Of a stretch of 64,000 nucleotides of DNA, positions 11,368 to 23,663 are shown in pieces. Under the pieces are notes generated by a model. That model saw only the letters and a list, made by a program, of their open reading frames with translations. It was not told where the DNA came from and did no database searches. This stretch comes from Octopus sinensis. Lineage: Eukaryota. The DNA is taken from contig NW_021833242.1 of NCBI RefSeq assembly GCF_006345805.1, positions 15,191 to 79,190 of the forward strand. The letters run 5' to 3'. Within the stretch, counting starts at the first letter, position 1. Each line of letters starts with the position of its first letter. Both the position numbers and the translations under genes were made by a program.

Positions 11368-14300
11368 TTGGGTCTTATGGAGGCAAGGACCAAGACCTTT
11401 GGCATTATGCTGAGTTTCGAGTGTTGGGTCTTATGGAGGCAAGGACCAAGACCTTGGCATTATGCTGGGTTTTGAGTGTTGGGTCTTATGGAGGCAAGGA
11501 CCAAGACCTTGGCATTATGCTGGGTTTTGAGTGTTGGGTCTTATGGAGGCAAGGACCAAGACCTTGGCATTATGCTGGGTTTTGAGTGTTGGGTCTTATG
11601 GAGGCAAGGACCAAGACCTTGGCATTATGCTGGGTTTTGAGTGTTGGGCCTTATGGAGGCAAGGACCAAGACCTTGGCATTATGCTGGGTTTTGAGTGTT
11701 GGGCCTTATGGAGGCAAGGACCAAGACCTTGGCATTATGCTGGGTTTTGAGTGTTGGGCCTTATGGAGGCAAGGACCAAGACCTTGGCATTATGCTGGGT
11801 TTTGAGTGTTGGGCCTTATGGAGGCAAGGACCAAGACCATGGCATTATGCTGGTTTTGAGTGTTGGGCCTTATGGAGGCAAGGACCAAGACCTTGGCATT
11901 ATGCTGGGTTTTGAGTGTTGGGTCTTATGGAGGCAAGGACCAAGACCATGGCATTATGCTGGGTTTTGAGTGTTGGGCCTTATGGAGGCAAGGACCAAGA
12001 CCTTGGCATTATGCTGGGTTTTGAGTGTTGGGTCTTATGGAGGCAAGGACCAAGACCTTGGCATTATGCTGGGTTTTGAGTGTTGGGCCTTATGGAGGCA
12101 AGGACCAAGACCTTGGCATTATGCTGGGTTTTGAGTGTTGGGCCTTATGGAGGCAAGGACCAAGACCATGGCATTATGCTGGGTTTTGAGTGTTGGGCCT
12201 TATGGAGGCAAGGACCAAGACCTTGGCATTATGCTGGGTTTTGAGTGTTGGGTCTTATGGAGGCAAGGACCAAGACCATGGCATTATGCTGGGTTTTGAG
12301 TGTTGGGCCTTATGGAGGCAAGGACCAAGACCTTGGCATTATGCTGGGTTTTGAGTGTTGGGTCTTATGGAGGCAAGGACCAAGACCATGGCATTATGCT
12401 GGGTTTTGAGTGTTGGGCCTTATGGAGGCAAGGACCAAGACCTTGGCATTATGCTGGGTTTTGAGTGTTGGGTCTTATGGAGGCAAGGACCAAGACCTTG
12501 GCATTATGCTGGGTTTTGAGTGTTGGGCCTTATGGAGGCAAGGACCAAGACCATGGCATTATGCTGGTTTTGAGTGTTGGGCCTTATGGAGGCAAGGACC
12601 AAGACCTTGGCATTATGCTGGGTTTTGAGTGTTGGGTCTTATGGAGGCAAGGACCAAGACCTTGGCATTATGCTGGGTTTTGAGTGTTGGGCCTTATGGA
12701 GGCAAGGACCAAGACCATGGCATTATGCTGGGTTTTGAGTGTTGGGCCTTATGGAGGCAAGGACCAAGACCTTGGCATTATGCTGGGTTTTGAGTGTTGG
12801 TCTTATGGAGGCAAGGACCAAGACCTTGGCATTATGCTGGGTTTTGAGTGTTGGGCCTTATGGAGGCAAGGACCAAGACCATGGCATTATGCTGGGTTTT
12901 GAGTGTTGGGCCTTATGGAGGCAAGGACCAAGACCTTGGCATTATGCTGGGTTTTGAGTGTTGGGTCTTATGGAGGCAAGGACCAAGACCTTGGCATTAT
13001 GCTGGGTTTTGAGTGTTGGGCCTTATGGAGGCAAGGACCAAGACCATGGCATTATGCTGGTTTTGAGTGTTGGGCCTTATGGAGGCAAGGACCAAGACCT
13101 TGGCATTATGCTGGGTTTTGAGTGTTGGGTCTTATGGAGGCAAGACCAAGACCATGGCATTATGCTGGTTTTGAGTGTTGGGTCTTATGGAGGCAAGGAC
13201 CAAGACCTTGGCATTATGCTGGGTTTTGAGTGTTGGGCCTTATGGAGGCAAGGACCAAGACCTTGGCATTATGCTGGGTTTTGAGTGTTGGGTCTTATGG
13301 AGGCAAGGACCAAGACCTTGGCATTATGCTGGGTTTTGAGTGTTGGGTCTTATGGAGGCAAGGACCAAGACCTTGGCATTATGCTGGGTTTTGAGTGTTG
13401 GGTCTTATGGAGGCAAGGACCAAGACCTTGGCATTATGCTGGGTTTTGAGTGTTGGGCCTTATGGAGGCAAGGACCAAGACCATGGCATTATGCTGGGTT
13501 TTGAGTGTTGGGCCTTATGGAGGCAAGGACCAAGACCTTGGCATTATGCTGGGTTTTGAGTGTTGGGCCTTATGGAGGCAAGGACCAAGACCATGGCATT
13601 ATGCTGGGTTTTGAGTGTTGGGCCTTATGGAGGCAAGGACCAAGACCTTGGCATTATGCTGGGTTTTGAGTGTTGGGTCTTATGGAGGCAAGGACCAAGA
13701 CCTTGGCATTATGCTGGGTTTTGAGTGTTGGGCCTTATGGAGGCAAGGACCAAGACCATGGCATTATGCTGGGTTTTGAGTGTTGGGCCTTATGGAGGCA
13801 AGGACCAAGACCTTGGCATTATGCTGGGTTTTGAGTGTTGGGTCTTATGGAGGCAAGGACCAAGACCATGGCATTATGCTGGGTTTTGAGTGTTGGGTCT
13901 TATGGAGGCAAGGACCAAGACCATGGCATTATGCTGGGTTTTGAGTGTTGGGCCTTATGGAGGCAAGGACCAAGACCATGGCATTATGCTGGGTTTTGAG
14001 TGTTGGGCCTTATGGAGGCAAGGACCAAGACCTTGGCATTATGCTGGGTTTTGAGTGTTGGTCTTATGGAGGCAAGGACCAAGACCTTGGCATTATGCTG
14101 GGTTTTGAGTGTTGGGCCTTATGGAGGCAAGGACCAAGACCATGGCATTATGCTGGGTTTTGAGTGTTGGGCCTTATGGAGGCAAGGACCAAGACCTTGG
14201 CATTATGCTGGGTTTTGAGTGTTGGGTCTTATGGAGGCAAGGACCAAGACCATGGCATTATGCTGGGTTTTGAGTGTTGGGCCTTATGGAGGCAAGGACC

Positions 14301-15068
14301 AAGACCATGGCATTATGCTGGGTTTTGAGTGTTGGGCCTTATGGAGGCAAGGACCAAGACCTTGGCATTATGCTGGGTTTTGAGTGTTGGGTCTTATGGA
14401 GGCAAGGACCAAGACCTTGGCATTATGCTGGGTTTTGAGTGTTGGGTCTTATGGAGGCAAGGACCAAGACCTTGGCATTATGCTGGGTTTTGAGTGTTGG
14501 GTCTTATGGAGGCAAGGACCAAGACCATGGCATTATGCTGGGTTTTGAGTGTTGGGCCTTATGGAGGCAAGGACCAAGACCATGGCATTATGCTGGGTTT
14601 TGAGTGTTGGGCCTTATGGAGGCAAGGACCAAGACCTTGGCATTATGCTGGTTTTGAGTGTTGGGTCTTATGGAGGCAAGGACCAAGACCTTGGCATTAT
14701 GCTGGGTTTTGAGTGTTGGGCCTTATGGAGGCAAGGACCAAGACCATGGCATTATGCTGGTTTTGAGTGTTGGGCCTTATGGAGGCAAGGACCAAGACCT
14801 TGGCATTATGCTGGGTTTTGAGTGTTGGGTCTTATGGAGGCAAGGACCAAGACCATGGCATTATGCTGGGTTTTGAGTGTTGGGCCTTATGGAGGCAAGG
14901 ACCAAGACCATGGCATTATGCTGGGTTTTGAGTGTTGGGCCTTATGGAGGCAAGGACCAAGACCTTGGCATTATGCTGGGTTTTGAGTGTTGGGTCTTAT
15001 GGAGGCAAGGACCAAGACCTTGGCATTATGCTGGGTTTTGAGTGTTGGGCCTTATGGAGGCAAGGACT
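11368..15068. repeat. 3.7-kb minisatellite array, 55-bp unit
   Basis: TGGG(T/C)CTTATGGAGGCAAGGACCAAGACC(T/A)TGGCATTATGCTGGGTTTTGAGTGT, about 67 copies; degenerate related sequence flanks both ends. Confidence 0.97.
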
Positions 15069-15856
15069 GAGGCCTTTGGCATTATGTTGTGCTTGAGAAG
15101 AAGACCCATCAAGCTGAGAAAAGTCTCAGTCATGGCAGATTCCAGTGTCACGCAAATGGCATCCATGCTTGTTGCACTTAAAAGCACCTTTCAAGCATTG
15201 GGCCTCATGGAAGCAAGGACCTCTGGCATTATGCTGGGCTTCAAGCGTTTGGCCTTATGGAGGCGATGACCAAGACCTTTGGCATAATGTCGTGCTTGAG
15301 AAGAAGACCCATCAAGCTGAGCATAATCATGGCCATGGTAGATACAGGTGTCATGCTAATTGGCACCCATGCTGGTTGTGTGTAAAAGCACCCGTTACAC
15401 TATTGGAGTGGTTGGCTTTAGTGGTTTTGTGTAGAGATAAGCTCACTCCCTCCATCAGATTGACATTACCTGTACAGGTGCAACTGGGTGCCACATGTCA
15501 GATGATGAAATAATGATCACAGAGCAACGTGAAATGAAGTGCTTGCTCAAGAACACAACACAACACAATGCCCAGTCTGGGAATCGAACCCATGATCTTG
15601 CAATCACGAGTGCAACACCCTAACCACTAAACCAAATCCTGAAGGAATTGTGGGTTAGAGTTAGGGAATGCTGGCAAAGGGTTGGGCTTTCACAAATGGT
15701 GTAGTTATAACCAATTAGAAATATCTAGGCTGAAAAAACATCTGGTGTGTTAGAGCCAACTTTGCTGTTATGTTTTCATGAGCAGGCGTCCCTGGGTGAG
15801 TGTGTTTCCTCCCTCCTTTCCCTGGTCATTCACACAGTTTCTTCTCTCTGTTGCAG

Positions 15857-15913
15857 CTCTACCAGCGCCACAACAGTCTTCTGGCCACGTTTATTGGAAA
15901 AGAATTCGAAACG
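15857..15913 (+). CDS. MKS1: MKS1 coding exon (57 nt)
   Basis: Acceptor ctctctgttgcag, donor GTAAGA. Encodes LYQRHNSLLATFIGKEFET, similar to human LYGRHKEYLSSLVGTDFEM. Confidence 0.9.
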
Positions 15914-16060
15914 GTAAGACAGTTCCTCTTTCTTTAAATTCTGTTGGTTCTTGGGGTTTATTTCAGGTTAATGGGAAATCGATGAAGACCACAAAATCTC
16001 ATCTGTCTGTCTGTTTCTCTGTCTCTATGTCGACTTGCCTGCCTGTCTACATACCTATTT

Positions 16061-16290
16061 CTTTATTACCCACAAGGGGCTAAACATAGAGGAGACAAAC
16101 AAGGACAGACATAGGTATTAAGTCGATTATATCGACCCCAGTGCGTAACTGGTACTTAATTTATCGACCCCGAAAGGATGAAAGGCAAATCGACCTCGGT
16201 GGAATTTGAACTCAGAATGTAACGGCAGACGAAATACCGCTAAGCATTCCGTCTGGCGTGCTATCGTTTCTGCCAGCTCACCACCCTCTG
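16061..16290 (-). mobile_element. tRNA-derived SINE, family B
   Basis: Reverse complement of GAGCTGGCAGAAACG.TAGCACGCC...GAGTTCAAATTCCACCGAGGTCGA..TTGCCTTTCATCCTTTCGGGGTCGATAAATTAAGTACC...CCCCTTGTGGGTAATAAAGAAATAG. Also at 22287-22513, 37190-37610 and 62715-63705. Confidence 0.85.
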
Positions 16291-17124
16291 AATACCTATC
16301 TACCACCTGCCTCTCTGTCTGTCTGTCTCTGCTTGCCCACCTACTTACCTACCTACCTACCTACCTGCCTACATGTCTGTCTGTTTAAAATTTAAAATAA
16401 TAAGGATGAAAAATTGAATATTAATTTGATTAATATGAATTTAAAACCAGTGGTGTAACATATAAGACCATAGCGGATCTTCTTCTAGCATAATGGATGG
16501 ATGTCCAGTTACAGTTCATCCCTATTATGTAATAGTTTCACTTTAATAGTTGCAGTATTAAAGTGAAAGCATGTGACATTACAATAGAGAGATGTTTTTG
16601 TTTCACTTTTGATGCGTAATATTGAAATAGTGGAGAAGATATGATATTGCTGTGGGCTCACCCTAGGCAAGAAGTTAAAATTTTTGCCCATGACACTCCC
16701 CGGACCCTAAGTAAGGCATGTGTAAAATTCGAATGAAATTGGTTGTGTAGTTCTCAAGTTTCAGGGATTCACATAGACAGACAGACACACATTCTCAGTT
16801 TTATATATATAGATATATATATACACATATATGGTCAAGTGCTTAGACTGTTGGTACAACTTTTCTCTCCACCCAATGGTTGCATCCTCAATGCTCCACC
16901 GAGGGAAGAGTAAGGGGGTTGATAGCCAGATTTTGGGGGAAAATGAAAGCTTATTTTGGGAGTATTTCATTTTTCGAGTCTTTCCCAATAAGATGCTGAC
17001 TACAATGGCACAAAATAACGACGACAACAACAACTAGAACTGCATTATTTGAGAAAGTTTCCCTTATAAATGGCGGTGGGGGGGATGGGGGGAAGTATTC
17101 AAGATTTCTTACTTGGATAATTTG

Positions 17125-17126
17125 TT

Positions 17127-17196
<70 letters not shown>

Positions 17197-17348
17197 ACTG
17201 TAACAGCAACAGCAACAACTACTTTAACTGCTGCTGCTGCTACTACTACCACTACTACCACCATTACTAAAACCACCACCATCACTACTACTACTACTAC
17301 TACTTCTACTACTACTATCATTACTACAACTACCACCACCACCATCAT

Positions 17349-17390
<42 letters not shown>

Positions 17391-17702
17391 CATTACTACA
17401 ACTACTACCACCACAATGACAACCACCATCTCCACCACCACCACCACCCCTCACCTGCAACACACACGTTTACTCTGGGAACCTCTTTGCATCAAGACTA
17501 CTGCAGCATCAACACTTCTTACTGCTACTTCTGCTACTGCTACTACTACCACTACTACTACCACTACTACTACTGTGGAGCACCGGATGACCTTAAACTG
17601 CACCAGACACACACACACACACACACACGCGTGCGCATGTGCACCTGCAGCAGGTGCTGCTGCTGTTGCTGTGGCTGCATAGATGTGCACCTGCATCTGG
17701 TC

Positions 17703-17757
<55 letters not shown>

Positions 17758-18169
17758 CACCTTGGTGAATAATTAATCAGTTGTTTTCTCGTTTGTCTTT
17801 CCAGGTCGAAAGAAACGTGTTGAGGGTCATGCTGTTTGGAGAGATCGGTAAGTTTAGGGGTGCGGGGGTGGGGGTGGGGGGTTAATTGGTGGTGGGGATG
17901 GTGGTGGTGGCGGGTGGGGGGGGGGTTGGGTTGTAGGTGTCGGCAGGGGTGGTGGTGTTGGTGTTGATAGAATTGGGAGTTGTTGTTGGTGGTGGTGGTG
18001 GTGGTTGGCTTTGTTTCTCATGAATACCGTCACCCCCCACCCTCCTTCTCACCACCTCCACCACCACCACCACCACTGACCTAACCACCACCCCAAACAT
18101 CATCGTCATCATCATCATCATCACCATCATTGTCATCATCAACATTATTACCGACAGCAGCACCCCAAC

Positions 18170-18205
<36 letters not shown>

Positions 18206-18257
18206 ATATCACCATTGCAAACATCCCCCCCACCACCACCACTGGTAACATCATTAT

Positions 18258-18288
<31 letters not shown>

Positions 18289-18775
18289 CCACCACCACCA
18301 ACAGCACCAAGGTTGTCATCTTCGTCATCATCATCGACAACTGTATCAGCCCAAGCTGCCTCCACCTTCAACATCAATAAAGTCGTCGATGTCGGCGTTC
18401 TCCTCCTCCTCCTCCTCCTCCTCCTCCTCCTCCTCCTCCTCCCCATCTGTCACATCATTGTCATCACTACCACCACCACCACATCTCCTGTCTCACCACA
18501 ACTACCACCGCCACCATCATCATAGTCATCGTCGGAGTCACCAACATCACCTCCGCCACCACCACCACCATCTGCAAAACCAGCACCGTTATCATCATCA
18601 TCAGCATTATTGTTGCCATTGTCAACACTGCCACCATCACCACCACCACCACCATCATCATCACCATTACTTTTGTTGTCAATGCTACGACCACCACCAC
18701 CACCACCACCACCACTACCATCACTACCACCACTTCCACTACCACCTCCACTACCATCATCCTCAAATCTTGTGA
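17125..18775. repeat. Compound trinucleotide microsatellite fields (ACT/GCT/ACC/ATC/CCT/GTT) flanking the 43-nt MKS1 exon
   Basis: Direct reading; source of the poly-T/H/S/V pseudo-ORFs. Confidence 0.9.
17805..17847 (+). CDS. MKS1: MKS1 coding exon (43 nt)
   Basis: Acceptor tttgtctttccag, donor GTAAGT. Encodes VERNVLRVMLFGEI, similar to human TVPGALRLFVNGEV (start of B9 domain). Confidence 0.9.
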
Positions 18776-18954
18776 ATGGAATCATTAAATATTTAATTCT
18801 CTGTTAATTAAAAAATTACCTGCCACCTCTGTCATTTTTTCTCGTTGTAATCGACATCTCCACCATTGCTCGTTTAATATTTAAATATTTAATCAAATTC
18901 TGTATTGAACAAATTCATTTCAAGTTCTCCTTGTTCAACATCTAGCATCTTATT

Positions 18955-21557
18955 AAGGTAGCCAGTCCTTTGAGGTGCTAGATTTAAATATTTAGTAAAG
19001 GTAGCTGGTCCTTTGAGGTGCTAGATTTAAATATTTAGTAAAGGTAGCTGGTCCTTTAAGGTGCTAGATTTAAATATTTAGTAAAGGTAGCTGGTCCTTT
19101 AAGGTGCTAGATTTAAATATTTAGTAAAGGTAGCTGGTCCTTTAAGGTGCTAGATTTAAATATTTAGTAAAGGTAGCTGGTCCTTTAAGGTGCTAGATTT
19201 AGCATTTAGTGAAGGTAGCCAGTCCTTTAAGGTGCTAGATTTAGCATTTAGTAAAGGTAGCTAGTCCTTTAAGGTGCTAGATTTAGCATTTAGTGAAGGT
19301 AGCTGGTCCTTTAAGGTGCTAGATTTAGCATTTAGTGAAGGTAGCTGGTCCTTTAAGGTGCTAGATTTAGCATTTAGTAAAGGTAGCTGGTCCTTTAAGG
19401 TGCTAGATTTAGCATTTAGTGAAGGTAGCCAGTCCTTTAAGTTGGTAGATTTAGCATTTAGTGAAGGTAGCCAGTCCTTTAAGGTGCTAGATTTAGCATT
19501 TAGTGAAGGTAGCTGGTCCTTTAAGGTGCTAGATTTAGCATTTAGTGAAGGTAGCCAGTCCTTTAAGGTGATAGATTTAGCATTTAGTGAAGGTAGCCAG
19601 TCCTTTAAGGTGATAGATTTAGCATTTAGTGAAGGTAGCCAGTCCTTTAAGGTGCTAGATTTAGCATTTAGTAAAGGTAGCTGGTCCTTTAAGGTGCTAG
19701 ATTTAGCATTTAGTGAAGGTAGCTGGTCCTTTAAGGTGCTAGATTTTAATATTTAGTGAAGGTAGCTGGTCCTTTAAGGTGCTAGATTTAGCATTTAGTG
19801 AAGGTAGCTGGTCCTTTAAGGTGCTAGATTTTAATATTTAGTGAAGGTAGCTGGTCCTTTGGGGTGCTAGATTTTAATATTTAGTGATGGTAGCTAGTCC
19901 TTTAAGGTGCTAGATTTTAATATTTAGTAAAGGTAGCTGGTCCTTTATAGTGCTATATTTAGCATTTAGTGAAGGTAGCCAGTCCTTTAAGGTGCTAGAT
20001 TTAGCATTTAGTGAAGGTAGCCAGTCCTTTAAGGTGCTAGATTTAGCATTTAGTGAAGGTAGCCAGTCCTTTAAGGTGCTAGATTTAGCATTTAGTGAAG
20101 GTAGCTGGTCCTTTAAGGTGCTAGATTTAGCATTTAGTGAAGGTAGCCAGTCCTTTAAGGTGCTAGATTTAGCATTTAATGAAGGTAGCCAGTCCTTTAA
20201 GGTGCTAGATTTAGCATTTAGTAATGGTAGCTGATCCTTTAAGGTGCTAGATTTTAATATTTAGTGAAGGTAGCTGGTCCTTTATGGTGCTAGATTTAGC
20301 ATTTAGTGAAGGTAGCCAGTCCTTTAAGGTGCTAGATTTAGCATTTAATGAAAGTAGCCAGTCCTTTAAGGTGCTAGATTTAGCATTTAGTAAAGGTAGC
20401 TGGTCCTTTAAAGTGCTAGATTTTAATATTTAGTGAAGGTAGCTGGTCCTTTATGGTGCTAGATTTAGCATTTAGTGAAGGTAGCCAGTCCTTTGAGGTG
20501 CTAGATTTAGCATTTAGTAAAGGTAGCTGGTCCTTTAAAGTGCTAGATTTTAATATTTAGTGAAGGTAGCTGGTCCTTTATGGTGCTAGATTTAGCATTT
20601 AGTGAAGGTAGCCAGTCCTTTAAGGTGCTAGATTTAGCATTTAATGAAGGTAGCCAGTCCTTTAAGGTGCTAGATTTAGCATTTAGTAAAGGTAGCTGAT
20701 CCTTTAAGGTGCTAGATTTTAATATTTAGTGAAGGTAGCTGGTCCTTTATGGTGCTAGATTTAGCATTTAGTGAAGGTAGCCAGTCCTTTAAGGTGCTAG
20801 ATTTAGCATTTAATGAAAGTAGCCAGTCCTTTAAGGTGCTAGATTTAGCATTTAGTGAAGGTAGCCAGTCCTTTAAGGTGCTAGATTTAGCATTTAGTGA
20901 AGGTAGCTGGTCCTTTAAAGTGCTAGATTTTAATATTTAGTGAAGGTAGCTGGTCCTTTATGGTGCTAGATTTAGCATTTAGTGAAGGTAGCCAGTCCTT
21001 TAAGGTGCTAGATTTAGCATTTAGTAAAGGTAGCTGGTCCTTTAAGGTGCTAGATTTAGCATTTAGTGAAGGTAGCTAGTCCTTTAAGGTGCTAGATTTA
21101 GCATTTAATGAAGGTAGCCAGTCCTTTAAGGTGCTAGATTTAGCATTTAGTAAAGGTAGCTGATCCTTTAAGGTGCTAGATCTTAATATTTAGTGAAGGT
21201 AGCTGGTCCTTTAAGGTGCTAGATTTAGCATTTAATGAAAGTAGCCAGTCCTTTAAGGTGCTAGATTTAGCATTTAGTAAAGGTAGCTGGTCCTTTAAGG
21301 TGCTAGATTTTAATATTTAGTGAAGGTAGCTGGTCCTTTAAGGTGCTAGATTTTAATATTTAGTGAAGGTAGCCAGTCCTTTAAGGTGCTAGATTTTAAT
21401 ATTTAGTGAAGGTAGCTGGTCCTTTGGGGTGCTAGATTTTAATATTTAGTGAAGGTAGCTGGTCCTTTAAGGTGCTAGATTTTAATATTTAGTGAAGGTA
21501 GCCAGTCCTTTAAGGTGTTACATTTTAATATTTGATGGAGGTAGCTGGTCCTTTAAG
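18955..21557. repeat. 2.6-kb minisatellite array, 42-bp unit
   Basis: GTGCTAGATTTAGCATTTAGTGAAGGTAGC(TG/CA)GTCCTTTAAG, about 62 copies with patterned variants. Confidence 0.97.
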
Positions 21558-21574
21558 GAAGTAGTGGACAAGGC

Positions 21575-22012
21575 TACAAGGACTGAGGAAAGACACCGTC
21601 CAGTTTGGTCAGAATGATTCTAAAACTCAATGGAAAGGAAAGTGAGGGTGGGGAGAGAAGTGCTACCTCCCTGTGAATTTGTGAGATGAAGGGTGACTGT
21701 GACAAAAATAGAGTGAATGGCCCTACTCCAAGTAAGCACCTGTCAATTGGAGAGCAGGAGACAGGGCTTGTACCTTTGGTGGTCAGGGTGATCCTGGATC
21801 TGTGGGGTTCCTTGACTGGCCCTAGTTGGAGTTTCTCCTGTATCGGACTGCCATCATTCATGCTGTCACATAGTTTCTATATTCTGTAAAATACTTTTAT
21901 CGCATTTTCATTGTCTTTTCCGTTTCTTTCTCCCCCAGCTTTTAAGTAAATACCCCACACGTTGTCTGTCCTTGTGATCTCCCCTTCATTTATGCCCCCG
22001 TGGTTAATAAAA
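21575..22012 (+). mobile_element. L1-clade (Tx1-like) LINE 3' end fragment
   Basis: About 380 bp nearly identical (inverted) to 57614-57998, whose upstream part encodes decayed Tx1 ORF2 C-terminal motifs. Ends in TAATAAAAG. Confidence 0.65.
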
Positions 22013-22094
22013 GAAATCACCATATTCATCCTCATCGTTGTTATTAATATTTTTATTATTATTTTAATTTTTATTTTTGGTCTCTGTTTTCCAG

Positions 22095-22157
22095 AATCTG
22101 CCAGAAATTTTGAATACGATAATCTCTATCTGCATTTTTTTGTCGACCTACCAAGAG
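22095..22157 (+). CDS. MKS1: MKS1 coding exon (63 nt)
   Basis: Acceptor ctctgttttccag, donor GTAAGT. Encodes ESARNFEYDNLYLHFFVDLPR. Confidence 0.95.
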
Positions 22158-22286
22158 GTAAGTAAGACTATACACACACGTGCACGCATGCGTGTGGGTG
22201 TGTGTGGGGGGTGGGGTGGATTCAATGAAGGGTCCACCACTTCTTATAGCAGAAACAGCCCTAATGGTGTTCATTATATAACTATT

Positions 22287-22513
22287 TCTTTACTACCCAC
22301 AAGGGGCTAAACACAGAGGGGACAAACAAGGACAGACATAGGTATTAAGTCGATTACATCGACCCCAGTGCGTAACTGGTACTTAATTTATCGACCCCGA
22401 ATGGATGAAAGGCAAAGTCGACCTCGGCGGAATTTGAACTCACAACGTAACGCAGACGAAATACCGCTAAGCATTTCGCCCGGTGTGCTAACGTTTCTGC
22501 CAGCACGCCGCCT
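22287..22513 (-). mobile_element. tRNA-derived SINE, family B
   Basis: Near-intact copy with a GAGTTCAAATTCC B-box on the minus strand. Confidence 0.85.
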
Positions 22514-22684
22514 TATATAACATTTAGTTTCTTCCTGTGCCATCTTGTTGCTTGCTTTTACCATTCTCTGCTCATATAACATTGTGTCCTTGACCACACA
22601 TATATTGAGTGCTACATCAGGTTATTAGTCTCACTATGTATAACCAAAACATTGATATATATATGTATATTTATATATCATTAT

Positions 22685-23030
22685 CATCGTTTAACATCCG
22701 CTTTCCATGCTGGCATGGGTTGGATGATTTGACTGAGGGCTGGTGAACCAGATGGCTGCACCAGGCTCCAGTCTTGATCTGGCAGTGTTTCTACAGCTGG
22801 ATGCCCTTCCTAATGCCAACCACTCTGAGAGTCAGCACGGGGGCCAGTCAGGTGGTACTGGCAATGACCTCACTTGAATCTTTTTACACATGCCACCATC
22901 ACAGGTGCCAGTAAGGTGATGCTGGTAACAATCACGCTCGAATGGTGCCTTTTACGTGCCACCGGCACGGAAGCCTGTTGGCTGCTCTGGCAACGATCAC
23001 GCTCGGATGGTGCTCTTAGCACCCTACCAG

Positions 23031-23035
<5 letters not shown>
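22685..23035 (-). mobile_element. SINE/LINE-tail family E (ends ...CCAACCCATGCCAGCATGGAAAGCGGATGTTAAAC(GAT)n) with variable internal repeats
   Basis: The same tail occurs at 26405-26585, 41735-42060, 46095-46230, 48345-48490, 50370-50705 and 51590-51735. Confidence 0.75.
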
Positions 23036-23063
<28 letters not shown>

Positions 23064-23072
23064 GTATATATA

Positions 23073-23260
23073 TAGTTCAAATTTACAGAAAACAAAAGAT
23101 GAAGACAGGTGAAGGACCAACAAGCAGGTGTATTAGTTTAACACTTGGAAAGAATGGAAAAGTCTGTTATGTTTCAAGCCTATGCTTTTCGGCAGAAAGA
23201 ATTAAGAGGTAAAAAATGGAGAGAGAATAAAAAAATAAAACAGAGAGAGAAGAAAAAAGG
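23073..23260 (-). mobile_element. Short repeat (family P3) with degenerate hammerhead-like motif, probable Penelope pseudo-LTR remnant
   Basis: Minus strand reads TCTGCCGAAAAGCATAGGCTTGAAACATAACAGA...TTAAACTAATACACCTG...CACCTGTCTT...TAAATT..ACTATATAT, homologous to the tandem copies at 49195-49390 and 49478-49670. Confidence 0.55.
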
Positions 23261-23663
23261 GGGAGGGATTATATATATATATTTAAAAAGATAAGAGGAA
23301 AAAATCTATCAGAAAGGAACTCTATCTCTCTTAAAAATATATCTTTTGATAAGCATAACAAATGTGCAACTGGTAAAAAGAACTTTCACCTAATTAAATT
23401 ACTTAAATTACTTAAATTATTTTGTCAGCATGTTCTTCATTTCCTTTTTTATATATATATATATATAAATAGATGAGTGTATTTTTACCTTGTTAACAAT
23501 TAACATGGAAATAATAAATAAATAGTTACCAAGGTAGCAAAAATCTCACAAGTAAAGAGGTTGTAACTCCTTGTTTATAAAGGTAGAAACTTCGTGTTTA
23601 CGTGGAATTTTTTGTATAATATACGAATAAATAAATGGAGTTTAACGCAGGTGTAATCAAATA

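Noticed and set aside
6498-21557. The three large tandem arrays as CRISPR arrays, repeat-protein exons or hammerhead satellites
   Set aside because: No unique spacers, eukaryotic intronic context, frequent stops and frameshifts (52- and 55-bp units), and no CUGANGA...GAAA core with paired stems.
21686-21889. 67-aa ORF MKGDCDKNRV... duplicated at 57739-57942, as a small gene
   Set aside because: An off-frame reading of the Tx1-like LINE ORF2 end and 3' UTR.
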